Positions 1-13,543 are shown, counted from the stretch's first letter. The stretch: 64,000 nucleotides of DNA from Escherichia coli (GCF_046105845.1 NZ_CP151004.1), one strand, 5' to 3'. Notes: generated from the letters alone by a model not told the origin. Translations and numbers: made by a program.

Positions 1-26
1 AGGTCTGGTCCCTAAAGGAGAGGACG

Positions 27-2261
27 ATGGTTGCGGTAAGAAGTGCACATATCAATAAGGCTGGTGAATTTGATCCGGAAAAATGGATCGCAAGTCTGGG
101 TATTACCAGCCAGAAGTCGTGTGAGTGCTTAGCCGAAACCTGGGCGTATTGTCTGCAACAGACGCAGGGGCATCCGGATGCCAGTCTGTTATTGTGGCGT
201 GGTGTTGAGATGGTGGAGATCCTCTCGACATTAAGTATGGACATTGACACGCTGCGGGCGGCGCTGCTGTTCCCTCTGGCCGATGCCAACGTAGTCAGCG
301 AAGATGTGCTGCGTGAGTGCGTCGGTAAGTCGGTCGTTAACCTTATTCACGGCGTGCGTGATATGGCGGCGATCCGCCAGCTGAAAGCGACGCATACCGA
401 TTCTGTTTCCTCCGAACAGGTCGATAACGTTCGCCGGATGTTATTGGCGATGGTCGATGATTTTCGCTGCGTGGTCATCAAACTGGCGGAGCGTATTGCT
501 CATCTGCGCGAAGTAAAAGACGCGCCGGAAGATGAACGCGTACTGGCGGCAAAAGAGTGCACCAATATCTACGCGCCGTTGGCGAACCGTCTTGGGATTG
601 GACAACTGAAATGGGAGCTGGAAGATTACTGCTTCCGTTATCTCCACCCGACCGAATACAAACGCATCGCAAAACTGCTGCATGAACGCCGTCTCGACCG
701 CGAACACTATATCGAAGAGTTTGTCGGCCATCTGCGCGCTGAGATGAAAGCTGAAGGCGTTAAAGCTGAAGTGTATGGTCGTCCGAAACACATCTACAGC
801 ATCTGGCGCAAAATGCAGAAAAAGAACCTCGCCTTCGATGAGCTGTTTGATGTGCGTGCGGTACGTATTGTCGCCGAGCGTTTACAGGATTGTTATGCCG
901 CACTGGGGATAGTGCACACTCACTATCGCCACCTGCCGGATGAGTTTGACGATTACGTCGCTAACCCGAAACCAAACGGTTATCAGTCTATTCATACCGT
1001 GGTTCTGGGACCAGGTGGCAAAACCGTAGAGATCCAAATCCGCACCAAACAGATGCATGAAGATGCAGAGTTGGGTGTTGCTGCGCACTGGAAATATAAA
1101 GAAGGCGCGGCAGCTGGCGGCGCACGTTCGGGACATGAAGACCGAATTGCCTGGCTGCGTAAACTGATTGCGTGGCAGGAAGAGATGGCTGATTCCGGCG
1201 AAATGCTCGACGAAGTACGCAGCCAGGTCTTTGACGACCGGGTGTACGTCTTTACGCCGAAAGGTGACGTCGTTGATTTGCCTGCGGGATCAACGCCGCT
1301 GGACTTCGCTTACCACATCCACAGTGATGTCGGACACCGCTGCATCGGGGCAAAAATAGGCGGGCGCATTGTGCCGTTCACCTACCAGCTGCAGATGGGC
1401 GACCAGATTGAAATTATTACCCAGAAACAGCCGAACCCCAGCCGTGACTGGTTAAACCCAAACCTCGGTTACGTCACAACCAGCCGTGGGCGTTCGAAAA
1501 TTCACGCCTGGTTCCGTAAACAGGACCGTGACAAAAACATTCTGGCTGGGCGGCAAATCCTTGACGACGAGCTGGAACATCTGGGGATCAGCCTGAAAGA
1601 AGCAGAAAAACATCTGCTGCCGCGTTACAACTTCAATGATGTCGACGAGTTGCTGGCGGCAATTGGTGGCGGGGATATCCGTCTCAATCAGATGGTGAAC
1701 TTCCTGCAATCGCAATTTAATAAGCCGAGTGCCGAAGAGCAGGACGCCGCCGCGCTGAAACAGCTTCAGCAAAAAAGCTATACGCCGCAAAACCGCAGTA
1801 AAGATAACGGTCGTGTGGTGGTTGAAGGTGTCGGTAACCTGATGCACCACATCGCGCGCTGCTGCCAGCCGATTCCTGGAGATGAGATTGTCGGCTTCAT
1901 TACCCAGGGACGCGGTATTTCAGTACACCGCGCCGATTGCGAACAACTGGCGGAACTGCGCTCCCATGCGCCAGAACGTATTGTTGATGCGGTATGGGGC
2001 GAGAGCTACTCCGCCGGATATTCGCTGGTGGTCCGCGTGGTGGCTAATGATCGTAGTGGGTTGTTACGTGATATCACGACCATTCTCGCCAACGAGAAGG
2101 TGAACGTACTTGGCGTTGCCAGCCGTAGCGACACCAAACAGCAACTGGCGACCATCGACATGACCATTGAGATTTACAACCTGCAAGTGCTGGGTCGCGT
2201 GCTGGGTAAACTTAACCAGGTGCCGGATGTTATCGACGCGCGTCGGTTGCACGGGAGTTAG
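27..2261 (+). CDS. relA: GTP pyrophosphokinase, (p)ppGpp synthetase I
   Basis: 744-aa ORF; N-terminus MVAVRSAHINKAGEFDPEKW and length match RelA as recalled; followed by mazEF as in K-12. Confidence 0.95.
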   Translation: MVAVRSAHINKAGEFDPEKWIASLGITSQKSCECLAETWAYCLQQTQGHPDASLLLWRGVEMVEILSTLSMDIDTLRAALLFPLADANVVSEDVLRECVGKSVVNLIHGVRDMAAIRQLKATHTDSVSSEQVDNVRRMLLAMVDDFRCVVIKLAERIAHLREVKDAPEDERVLAAKECTNIYAPLANRLGIGQLKWELEDYCFRYLHPTEYKRIAKLLHERRLDREHYIEEFVGHLRAEMKAEGVKAEVYGRPKHIYSIWRKMQKKNLAFDELFDVRAVRIVAERLQDCYAALGIVHTHYRHLPDEFDDYVANPKPNGYQSIHTVVLGPGGKTVEIQIRTKQMHEDAELGVAAHWKYKEGAAAGGARSGHEDRIAWLRKLIAWQEEMADSGEMLDEVRSQVFDDRVYVFTPKGDVVDLPAGSTPLDFAYHIHSDVGHRCIGAKIGGRIVPFTYQLQMGDQIEIITQKQPNPSRDWLNPNLGYVTTSRGRSKIHAWFRKQDRDKNILAGRQILDDELEHLGISLKEAEKHLLPRYNFNDVDELLAAIGGGDIRLNQMVNFLQSQFNKPSAEEQDAAALKQLQQKSYTPQNRSKDNGRVVVEGVGNLMHHIARCCQPIPGDEIVGFITQGRGISVHRADCEQLAELRSHAPERIVDAVWGESYSAGYSLVVRVVANDRSGLLRDITTILANEKVNVLGVASRSDTKQQLATIDMTIEIYNLQVLGRVLGKLNQVPDVIDARRLHGS

Positions 2262-2274
2262 GCCGAAATTAGCT

Positions 2275-2320
2275 CGTATCTACAATGTAGATTGATATAT
2301 ACTGTATCTACATATGATAG
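2275..2320 (+). promoter_or_regulatory. mazEF promoter/operator with palindromes
   Basis: Perfect palindrome ATCTACA-A-TGTAGAT at 2278-2292 and related GTATCTACATATGATAG at about 2304-2320, 20-60 nt upstream of mazE start; matches the known MazE-MazF autoregulatory operator. Confidence 0.55.
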
Positions 2321-2338
2321 CGGTTTGAGGAAAGGGTT

Positions 2339-2587
2339 ATGATCCACAGTAGCGTAAAGCGTTGGGGAAATTCACCGGCGGTGCGGATCCCGGCTACGTT
2401 AATGCAGGCGCTCAATCTGAATATTGATGATGAAGTGAAGATTGACCTGGTGGATGGCAAATTAATTATTGAGCCAGTACGTAAAGAGCCCGTATTTACG
2501 CTTGCTGAACTGGTCAACGACATCACGCCGGAAAACCTCCACGAGAATATCGACTGGGGGGAGCCGAAAGATAAGGAAGTCTGGTAA
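2339..2587 (+). CDS. mazE: antitoxin MazE
   Basis: 82-aa [28 protein letters not shown]..., AbrB/MazE-like; 1-nt overlap with mazF. Confidence 0.93.
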
Positions 2588-2922
2588 TGGTAAGCCGATA
2601 CGTACCCGATATGGGCGATCTGATTTGGGTTGATTTTGACCCGACAAAAGGTAGCGAGCAAGCCGGACATCGTCCGGCTGTTGTCCTGAGTCCGTTCATG
2701 TACAACAACAAAACAGGTATGTGTCTGTGTGTTCCTTGTACAACGCAATCAAAAGGATATCCGTTCGAAGTTGTTTTATCCGGTCAGGAACGTGATGGCG
2801 TAGCGTTAGCTGATCAGGTAAAAAGTATCGCCTGGCGGGCAAGAGGAGCAACGAAGAAAGGAACGGTTGCCCCAGAGGAATTACAGCTCATTAAAGCCAA
2901 AATTAACGTGCTGATTGGGTAG
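2587..2922 (+). CDS. mazF: toxin MazF, ACA-specific endoribonuclease
   Basis: 111-aa [40 protein letters not shown]..., PemK/MazF family. Confidence 0.93.
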   Translation: MVSRYVPDMGDLIWVDFDPTKGSEQAGHRPAVVLSPFMYNNKTGMCLCVPCTTQSKGYPFEVVLSGQERDGVALADQVKSIAWRARGATKKGTVAPEELQLIKAKINVLIG

Positions 2923-2993
2923 GTGTTACTAACTCACTTCTATTCTGGTCACAGGTTTCCACCTGACAGACCCGCAATTTTCAGGACATTCTA

Positions 2994-3785
2994 ATGAATC
3001 AAATCGACCGTTTGCTCACTATTATGCAGCGCCTGCGCGATCCGGAAAATGGCTGCCCGTGGGATAAAGAGCAGACATTTGCCACCATTGCGCCTTACAC
3101 CCTTGAAGAAACCTACGAGGTGCTGGACGCCATCGCCCGTGAAGATTTTGACGATCTTCGCGGTGAACTGGGCGATCTGCTGTTCCAGGTGGTGTTTTAC
3201 GCACAAATGGCCCAGGAAGAAGGGCGCTTTGACTTTAATGATATTTGCGCCGCGATCAGCGATAAATTAGAACGTCGCCATCCGCATGTTTTTGCTGACA
3301 GTTCTGCCGAAAACAGTAGTGAAGTGCTTGCCCGTTGGGAGCAAATCAAAACCGAAGAGCGCGCGCAGAAAGCGCAGCATTCGGCGCTGGACGATATTCC
3401 TCGTAGTTTACCGGCTTTAATGCGTGCGCAAAAAATCCAGAAACGTTGCGCCAACGTTGGTTTTGACTGGACGACGCTTGGTCCGGTAGTCGATAAAGTC
3501 TACGAAGAGATCGACGAGGTGATGTACGAGGCACGGCAGGCTGTTATCGACCAGGCTAAACTGGAGGAGGAAATGGGCGACCTGCTGTTTGCCACGGTCA
3601 ATCTGGCTCGTCATTTAGGGACAAAAGCGGAAATCGCATTGCAAAAAGCGAACGAAAAATTCGAGCGTCGTTTTCGCGAAGTGGAGCGTATTGTTGCCGC
3701 GCGTGGACTGGAAATGACAGGTGTTGACCTCGAAACAATGGAAGAAGTCTGGCAACAGGTAAAACGGCAGGAAATTGATCTCTAA
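2994..3785 (+). CDS. mazG: nucleoside triphosphate pyrophosphohydrolase MazG
   Basis: 263-aa ORF, tandem MazG domains, position downstream of mazEF. Confidence 0.9.
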   Translation: MNQIDRLLTIMQRLRDPENGCPWDKEQTFATIAPYTLEETYEVLDAIAREDFDDLRGELGDLLFQVVFYAQMAQEEGRFDFNDICAAISDKLERRHPHVFADSSAENSSEVLARWEQIKTEERAQKAQHSALDDIPRSLPALMRAQKIQKRCANVGFDWTTLGPVVDKVYEEIDEVMYEARQAVIDQAKLEEEMGDLLFATVNLARHLGTKAEIALQKANEKFERRFREVERIVAARGLEMTGVDLETMEEVWQQVKRQEIDL

Positions 3786-3997
3786 GGGAATTACGTGGTC
3801 AAGCGCGATTTGTGTCATTTTTTAAATGACAAGCGCTTGATTTGCGTCAAAAACATTTACCCCAAAGGGGCTATTTTCTCACTCCTGATTTCAATAGTGC
3901 GCTGGCGAAGAGGAGGGATAATGAAAGTTTGTGGCACAGGTCATGTTCGGGTATACTGCTTTCCCGTCTTGGTTATTCCATCGTCTTTTCAACCTAA

Positions 3998-5650
<1,653 letters not shown>

Positions 5651-5669
5651 GTAAAAAAGTTAGAACGGC

Positions 5670-5700
5670 AACGCGTACCCTGGGTACGCGTTGTTTGTCT
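5670..5700 (+). terminator. putative intrinsic terminator after pyrG
   Basis: Hairpin AACGCGTACCC/GGGTACGCGTT followed by T-rich tract, about 20 nt after pyrG stop. Confidence 0.45.
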
Positions 5701-5722
5701 GGAGTTTCAGTTTAACTAGTGA

Positions 5723-7036
<1,314 letters not shown>

Positions 7037-7055
7037 GTCTGACTTTATCTGATTT

Positions 7056-7087
7056 AAAAATGCCAGCCTTCGGGCTGGCATTTTTTA
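7056..7087. terminator. bidirectional intrinsic terminator between convergent eno and ygcG
   Basis: AAAAA-TGCCAGCC-TTCG-GGCTGGCA-TTTTTT: perfect 8-bp stem, 4-nt loop, A-run upstream and T-run downstream. Confidence 0.7.
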
Positions 7088-7095
7088 TGGTTGAG

Positions 7096-7968
7096 TTACC
7101 AGCGACCGGACGCGCCGCCACCGCCAGAAGAACCGCCCCCGCCGCTAAATCCGCCGCCACTTGAGCCGCCACCGGAACCGCTGTTGTCTGAATGATAACT
7201 TCTACCAGATGCTTTTTTCTGAAGTACACATAAACAGGTAAAGACCATAAATATGGTGAAAGTAAAAAAGAAGGAAAATACAGCAATGGAAAAAGTTTTA
7301 TCGGAGAACAGGAATAAATCTAAAAGATAGATTGCTGAAATACAGACTCCACTTTTACATGCGCGACAAAAATTACTGCCTTGATGAAAAAACCAGAAAG
7401 GGAAGAACATCACTGCAAATACCCAAAAAATAGCAAAGTAATAATGATCACTGGAAGACGTTGATTCACTTTCTGAAGGTTTAGCCGGATATTGGTGTTG
7501 TGAAGTGAGTTGGTTATTCAAAGCGTTTATAGCTAGCTCTAATCCCTGAGCTAATTTTTGTTGTTCAAATGCGGGTATCATGTTGCTACGGATGATATCT
7601 CCAGCCAGAGCATCGGTTACCTTTTCTTCCAGCCCATAACCTACCTGGATGCGGACAGTACGATCCGACCAGGCAACAATGATCAGTATCCCATCATTAC
7701 GTTTGGCATCTCCTAAACGCCAATTGTCAAAAACTCTTGTAGCATATTGTTCAATTGTCTCGTCTTTGGTTGTGGGAACAATTAATACAGCAATTTGCAC
7801 TTGGGTATTATTGAAAATAGATTCTAACTTGTACGTCAGTTCTTTCTTTTCTTGTGAGTTTAAGCTACTCGTAAGATCCGTAACTTGTTGCTGTAATGAT
7901 GGGACAATAGTTGGTTGGGCTGCAACAAAGGAACACACGAATGTGAACATTAGTATGAAATAGCGCAT
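7096..7968 (-). CDS. ygcG: TPM-domain protein YgcG with Gly/Ser-rich C-terminal tail
   Basis: ORF extends to 8037 but likely start is [18 protein letters not shown] (signal-peptide-like), giving 290 aa; C-terminal [20 protein letters not shown] low-complexity tail. Confidence 0.8.
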   Translation of the reverse strand: MRYFILMFTFVCSFVAAQPTIVPSLQQQVTDLTSSLNSQEKKELTYKLESIFNNTQVQIAVLIVPTTKDETIEQYATRVFDNWRLGDAKRNDGILIIVAWSDRTVRIQVGYGLEEKVTDALAGDIIRSNMIPAFEQQKLAQGLELAINALNNQLTSQHQYPAKPSESESTSSSDHYYFAIFWVFAVMFFPFWFFHQGSNFCRACKSGVCISAIYLLDLFLFSDKTFSIAVFSFFFTFTIFMVFTCLCVLQKKASGRSYHSDNSGSGGGSSGGGFSGGGGSSGGGGASGRW

Positions 7969-8261
7969 TATAAATTTCTCATTAAATCTGGATAAATAAA
8001 TTGACGGCGGCATCGGTAATTTGAGATTCGTTATCATTAAAAACGAACACAGAAAAAATAAATATAAATTTGGTGAATGTTTTTGACATGATTAAATCCA
8101 TTTGCTTTATTTTCTTCTGACATAATACGTTACTCCCTTTAATTATTAACGATATGTTTCGCATTTTTCTTGAAACCTGCCTGTAACAGAATGTTAATAA
8201 GACATGATTGTTGTGGCAGGATCTGCAATAATTAACAATTATCCACTTCACAGAGAATGCT

Positions 8262-8933
8262 ATGCAGTACCCGATTAACGAGATGTTCCAGACCCTGCAA
8301 GGTGAGGGTTACTTTACCGGCGTCCCCGCTATTTTTATTCGTTTACAGGGATGCCCGGTTGGCTGTGCCTGGTGCGACACCAAACACACCTGGGAAAAGC
8401 TTGAGGATCGGGAAGTCTCCCTTTTCAGCATTCTGGGTAAAACGAAAGAGAGTGATAAGTGGGGAGCAGCAAGCAGTGAAGACTTACTCGCAGTCATCGG
8501 TCGTCAGGGATACACCGCGCGTCACGTGGTGATTACGGGTGGTGAACCTTGTATTCATGACTTGATGCCACTAACTGACCTGCTCGAAAAGAACGGTTTT
8601 AGCTGCCAGATCGAAACCAGTGGTACTCATGAAGTACGCTGCACACCGAATACCTGGGTTACCGTATCGCCAAAGCTGAACATGCGCGGCGGCTATGAAG
8701 TGTTGTCACAGGCACTGGAGCGAGCCAACGAAATCAAGCATCCAGTGGGACGCGTACGTGATATTGAAGCACTGGATGAACTTTTGGCGACGCTGACCGA
8801 TGATAAACCGCGAGTCATTGCACTGCAGCCGATTAGCCAAAAGGATGATGCCACACGTTTGTGCATTGAAACTTGCATTGCGCGTAACTGGCGTTTGTCG
8901 ATGCAAACACATAAATATTTAAATATTGCCTGA
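8262..8933 (+). CDS. queE: 7-carboxy-7-deazaguanine synthase (radical SAM)
   Basis: 223-aa ORF MQYPINEMFQTLQGEGYFTGVPAIFIRLQGCPVGCAWCDTK..., radical SAM Cys motif. Confidence 0.9.
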   Translation: MQYPINEMFQTLQGEGYFTGVPAIFIRLQGCPVGCAWCDTKHTWEKLEDREVSLFSILGKTKESDKWGAASSEDLLAVIGRQGYTARHVVITGGEPCIHDLMPLTDLLEKNGFSCQIETSGTHEVRCTPNTWVTVSPKLNMRGGYEVLSQALERANEIKHPVGRVRDIEALDELLATLTDDKPRVIALQPISQKDDATRLCIETCIARNWRLSMQTHKYLNIA

Positions 8934-8954
8934 TTACACATTTATATGCGTTAT

Positions 8955-8998
8955 AAATGGGTGGAACCTGTAAAGACTTCCACTCATTTATATTTTTT
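8955..8998 (+). terminator. putative intrinsic terminator after queE
   Basis: Stem AAATGGGTGGAA / TTCCACTCATTT (one mismatch) followed by ATATTTTTT. Confidence 0.5.
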
Positions 8999-9099
8999 GT
9001 CGCCTCTGAAAACTCATCCATTTTGCCCATTCTGGACTAATCATTGTCATTCTCTACAAATTCTGTAGCGTTAATTTTTCTCTGGGGTGAAAATTATTA

Positions 9100-9271
9100 C
9101 GTCGGAGTTTGGTAGATTTTAGTTTGTATAGAGTTATTTTAAATATTTACCTTTTCAATCAATGGATTAAGTGCTCTTTAACATAATAGATGTGTTGTTT
9201 GTGTGATACTGTAAAGTTGGTAGATTGTGACTGGCTTAAAAAATCATTAATTAATAATAGGTTATGTTTAG
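9100..9271 (+). promoter_or_regulatory. CRISPR leader (AT-rich) of orphan array
   Basis: AT-rich tract ending ...TTATGTTTAGA immediately 5' of first repeat; same TTTAGA junction as the cas-adjacent leader; 5' boundary approximate. Confidence 0.6.
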
Positions 9272-10643
9272 AGAGTTCCCCGCGCCAGCGGGGATAAACC
9301 GTTGTCCTGCTGAACCAAGTAAGCCACTGACAAGAGTTCCCCGCGCCAGCGGGGATAAACCGCATTATATCCTGTGCGTCGTTCATTTATTTACGAGTTC
9401 CCCGCGCCAGCGGGGATAAACCGGCCGCCGCATGGCAAAACAAACATCGGGGTACGAGTTCCCCGCGCCAGCGGGGATAAACCGGAACGGCGGCTATACG
9501 GATTCGACAGGTCAGCGAGTTCCCCGCGCCAGCGGGGATAAACCGGATTGAATGCAGATGGTTCAATGCTCGCATTCGAGTTCCCCGCGCCAGCGGGGAT
9601 AAACCGCCACGCGTGCTTTGAGTGGATGGTGTCGCTTGGAGTTCCCCGCGCCAGCGGGGATAAACCGATACATTATTAAGCGGGCAATTTTTCCAGTTTG
9701 AGTTCCCCGCGCCAGCGGGGATAAACCGAACGGCACGGCCTGCCGCCACGTCCCGCAGCTGAGTTCCCCGCGCCAGCGGGGATAAACCGGGGCCGTGTTT
9801 TCTAACGGATTCGCACATTGCGAGTTCCCCGCGCCAGCGGGGATAAACCGCAGCAGTTCAATACTGAAATCAACATGCCGATGAGTTCCCCGCGCCAGCG
9901 GGGATAAACCGCGCGGTGGGGTTTCATTCGCATCAATTCAAGGGAGTTCCCCGCGCCAGCGGGGATAAACCGGCGGTGAGTGAGAAAATCAGGACGGCTG
10001 CGAGGAGTTCCCCGCGCCAGCGGGGATAAACCGCGCCAAATATGCTGGTGGACTTCTACGCCGATGAGTTCCCCGCGCCAGCGGGGATAAACCGCTATCG
10101 ACGGTCAAGAAAATCCACCGGAAGAAGAGTTCCCCGCGCCAGCGGGGATAAACCGGCAGCAATATATTTGACATAATAGATAACCCGGAGTTCCCCGCGC
10201 CAGCGGGGATAAACCGACGCCAGGGGAGATATAACGCGCCTGTTATGGGAGTTCCCCGCGCCAGCGGGGATAAACCGGTCTTAACTAAAAGATGACCATT
10301 CAGTCGCAGGAGTTCCCCGCGCCAGCGGGGATAAACCGCGGCCCATAATATTAATATAATCCACATGAGGGAGTTCCCCGCGCCAGCGGGGATAAACCGC
10401 GCCGGAAATCATCGTTCTGTAATTGTCTAGCGAGTTCCCCGCGCCAGCGGGGATAAACCGCCCTGTTTGTTATTCCCATTATACGTATAAGAGAGTTCCC
10501 CGCGCCAGCGGGGATAAACCGCTTCTGGCTGGAGGTGGAGAAACGGAGGCAATGAGTTCCCCGCGTTAGCGGGGATAAACCGGATTTAGAGAGCCAGACG
10601 TTGGTCAGTTATTCGAGTTCCCCGCGTCAGCGGGGATAACCAT
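9272..10643 (+). CRISPR. orphan type I-E CRISPR array, 23 repeats / 22 spacers
   Basis: 29-bp repeat GAGTTCCCCGCGCCAGCGGGGATAAACCG at 61-bp period (first interval 62); last two repeats degenerate (GCGTTAGCGGGG; GCGTCAGCGGGGATAACCAT); no cas genes adjacent. Confidence 0.97.
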
Positions 10644-10654
10644 TCAGGTATGTT

Positions 10655-10685
10655 CAGGCCGGGCAGTTTCCCGCCCGGCCTTCCT
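10655..10685. terminator. putative hairpin between CRISPR array end and ygcE stop
   Basis: GC-rich hairpin CAGGCCGGGC-AGTTTCC-CGCCCGGCC; T-rich only on + side, so orientation uncertain. Confidence 0.35.
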
Positions 10686-10688
10686 CAC

Positions 10689-12167
10689 TTACGCATTCGA
10701 CCAGCTCTGGATCGAATCTTCATTCCCCAATTCCCCATGCATCACTTCATACGATTTTTTCAGGATCACATCAGTGTGTTTGGTTAGGTCTTTGAAAATG
10801 CCTTTATTCATCGCGTCGTAGCGTTTGGCGTTGCTCTCAACAGGCATAAAGATATCTTTCACGCGAACCATTTTGTCGACAGCCGTTGCGTAATCCGGGT
10901 ATAGCCCCAGACCTACCGCCGTATTAATCGCTGCCCCCAGGCTTGCACAACCATTAATGGCGTTACGGCGTGCCGGAAGGTTGAACACGTCGGCAAAAAT
11001 CTGCATAAACAGATCGCTGTTCGAACCGCCGCCAGTAATGATCACATGCTTTGCAAAGTGATTCATTTCATTACACATATTGTCGTAATTGTTCTTCAGC
11101 GTCAGCGCCACGCTTTCCAGTATCGAACGATATATCCATGCGTAATCCATGCTGGAATCAAAGCCGATCATAATCCCGCGTTTGTACGGTTCCCACGGAT
11201 TGGTCAGCCAGTCCAGCACCGTCATCAGACCATTACAGCCAGGCGGCACACAAGACGCTTTTTTGTTGAGCAAATCTTCCGGTGAAAGATCCTGTGCTTT
11301 GGCATCCTGAATTAACGACTCGCCTAACATGTCGCGTAGCCAGCTCACCGTCCACATGCCTTTGCGGATACCGTAACCTTCATACAGCAAGGTTTGTGGA
11401 ATAGAAGACATAATCGGCCAGTACGCTACCGGATCTTTCGGCAGTGCTTTGCCGTTCATCATCAACGCGATGTAAGTGCCAAGAGAAATTACCGCAGTTT
11501 CATCATCCAGTAACCCGGCTCCCAGTGCTTCTACCGGTTTATCACTGGTGGTACAAACAACCGGCAGCCCAGCCGGGAAATGTGTAGCCAGCGCGGCTTG
11601 AGGAGTGATATGCCCAAGAACAGTGCCCGGCATTTGCACATCAAACAGCATATGACGGGGGATATTAAACTTCTCCATGACTGCGGCATCTTCACTCCAT
11701 GCCCAGGTCTTATAATCCACCGGCCACTGACCAAAATAGTTGGCGATATTGTCTTTAAACTCGCCGGTTAAGCGATGCGTCAGATAACCTGAAAAAGAGG
11801 TGACATATGCCACGTCAGGATTCGTATGTTCGTAAGGGCGTGTAACGCGTGCATCCTGCCAGCTAATCAACGGCGCAGCTGGCGTGCCATCGGCTTTCAA
11901 TAACGCACGGCAGCAACGGATGGATCCCAGACCAATACCGACAATATCTTCTTTATTTCCGGCAAACTGACTCATCAAATCGTGACCGGCAAAACATAAT
12001 GATGCCCATAAATCGTCGTCAGGATGTTCTGCGGTATCGGCATCTGGCGTGTGCATCGGCTGTAATAAGCCTTTGCCTTCGCAAACCACGTTACCTTCCA
12101 GATCGTACATCACCACTTTTGTGCTCTGACTTCCGCCATCAATCCCTATGATGTATTTTTTCGACAT
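10689..12167 (-). CDS. ygcE: FGGY-family carbohydrate kinase
   Basis: 492-aa ORF MSKKYIIGIDGGSQSTKVVMYDLEGN..., FGGY kinase N- and C-domains. Confidence 0.85.
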   Translation of the reverse strand: MSKKYIIGIDGGSQSTKVVMYDLEGNVVCEGKGLLQPMHTPDADTAEHPDDDLWASLCFAGHDLMSQFAGNKEDIVGIGLGSIRCCRALLKADGTPAAPLISWQDARVTRPYEHTNPDVAYVTSFSGYLTHRLTGEFKDNIANYFGQWPVDYKTWAWSEDAAVMEKFNIPRHMLFDVQMPGTVLGHITPQAALATHFPAGLPVVCTTSDKPVEALGAGLLDDETAVISLGTYIALMMNGKALPKDPVAYWPIMSSIPQTLLYEGYGIRKGMWTVSWLRDMLGESLIQDAKAQDLSPEDLLNKKASCVPPGCNGLMTVLDWLTNPWEPYKRGIMIGFDSSMDYAWIYRSILESVALTLKNNYDNMCNEMNHFAKHVIITGGGSNSDLFMQIFADVFNLPARRNAINGCASLGAAINTAVGLGLYPDYATAVDKMVRVKDIFMPVESNAKRYDAMNKGIFKDLTKHTDVILKKSYEVMHGELGNEDSIQSWSNA

Positions 12168-12193
12168 GATTTTTCTCCTGTAATTTTCTGGAC

Positions 12194-13471
12194 TTACTTG
12201 CTGCTAGCCATAGCAGGGGCGCTATCAGCAGTACGAATTTTTTGGAACAGCAAAAAGGTAAAGACGATCACCATGGCAAGCGCCGCCATGCCCATCAGCC
12301 ACATATTGCGGTAGGCTTCTGCAGCGGGCAGGGTGTCTTGCCAGTAGCCGATAATCGGGTAAACGAAGACATCCGGCAGGAATCCAATCACCGAACAAAT
12401 ACCTACCGTGGTGCCCATAATGTAAGACGGTGTTCTCGCTTCGCCAGGGCAGGCCCAGTACAGCCCGCGTGAGGCGTAACAGGTGAATCCCAGCAGTAAA
12501 ATCAGGCCAATCCCCATCGCGACCGATTGCGGGTTAGAGTTCGTGACGAGCAGGGCAGTTAACGCCAGCAAGCCGAGTACGGAAAGGATTTGGATCACGC
12601 GGGTAGGGGATTTCACTTTGCTGTAGGTGGTGATAATGCCACCAAGTGGGCCGCACAGCGCGCGGAAGATTTTGTTGATCACAATCCCCATGTAGCTCGC
12701 CGCCACCAGCGACATGCCGTACATTTCGGTCAGATAGTTGGTGGAGTAACTCAGAATGGCGTAGATGGTGAAGACACCAAAAATCACCATGCTGCAATAC
12801 CAGGTGGTTCTGATGCGCAAAACGGCCAGGATGTCGCTAAGCTGGAATGAATGTTTTTCTTCGTTATTGGTATTGCGCAGGTTGTTGTTATCGCTGACAA
12901 AAAACCAACACAAAATGCCCAGCAGAATGTAAACCACACTATAGATAATAATGACCGTTTTCAGGCTGGCGCTGTCATCCGGTGCAAAGCGAGAAAAGAC
13001 CCACATGGTAAACACCGCCAGCGACATTACACCGACGCCGCGCAGCCCTTCCATCCAGCCCATAATTTTCCCTTGCTCGCTATGATCGCCCAGCAACGAT
13101 GCGGCTTTAATCGACACCGACCACAGCATTAAAATCGTCGTTATCGCAAAGGCGACCTGAATACAGAGCATTACCCACAGCGGTGGATATGTTGCCATTA
13201 ACAGACCCAGTAATCCGGTAATGATCATCGCGGAAGTAATCATTTTGCGGTGTGAAAATTTATCGGCAATAACGCCGCTGGGGGCATAAAGAATAATAGC
13301 CGCAATACCAAAGGTACTCATTATTAAACCTATCTCGGTATTGCTGAATCCCATAAATTTCGCCATGGGAATTTGATAAATATAACGTAAATAAGCCAGG
13401 TCGAAACTAACGCCGCCGCTAAAACTAATTATCGCGAGGGTTATCCAACGGCGATATGAGTTGTGTTGCAT
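12194..13471 (-). CDS. yqcE: MFS transporter
   Basis: 425-aa ORF with about 12 hydrophobic segments; immediately upstream of ygcE on same strand. Confidence 0.8.
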   Translation of the reverse strand: MQHNSYRRWITLAIISFSGGVSFDLAYLRYIYQIPMAKFMGFSNTEIGLIMSTFGIAAIILYAPSGVIADKFSHRKMITSAMIITGLLGLLMATYPPLWVMLCIQVAFAITTILMLWSVSIKAASLLGDHSEQGKIMGWMEGLRGVGVMSLAVFTMWVFSRFAPDDSASLKTVIIIYSVVYILLGILCWFFVSDNNNLRNTNNEEKHSFQLSDILAVLRIRTTWYCSMVIFGVFTIYAILSYSTNYLTEMYGMSLVAASYMGIVINKIFRALCGPLGGIITTYSKVKSPTRVIQILSVLGLLALTALLVTNSNPQSVAMGIGLILLLGFTCYASRGLYWACPGEARTPSYIMGTTVGICSVIGFLPDVFVYPIIGYWQDTLPAAEAYRNMWLMGMAALAMVIVFTFLLFQKIRTADSAPAMASSK

Positions 13472-13495
13472 ATCGTATTCCCATTTGTAATAGAC

Positions 13496-13543
13496 AAAAA
13501 AAAGAGAAAAGTAAGCCGCCCTTTCAGGTGGATTACTTTTCTC
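13496..13543 (-). terminator. leader hairpin + T8 run upstream of yqcE
   Basis: Minus-strand reading: stem GAGAAAAGTAA / TTACTTTTCTC (11 bp perfect), 18-nt loop, then TTTTTTTT (13496-13503), 24 nt before yqcE ATG. Confidence 0.6.

Noticed and set aside
7982-8086. 35-aa ORF ([35 protein letters not shown]) ending 14 nt upstream of ygcG on the same strand
   Set aside because: Lies in a very AT-rich divergent promoter region where F/I/K/N-rich ORFs arise by chance; no convincing RBS; hydrophobic stretch too short for a transmembrane helix. Could be tested by ribosome profiling but not called
9387-10366. ORFs of 125-143 aa on the minus strand inside the orphan CRISPR array (peptides with recurring FIPAGAGNS / VYPRWRGEL / GLSPLARGT)
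   Set aside because: They are translations of the 29-bp CRISPR repeat in three frames, periodic at 61 bp; not genes
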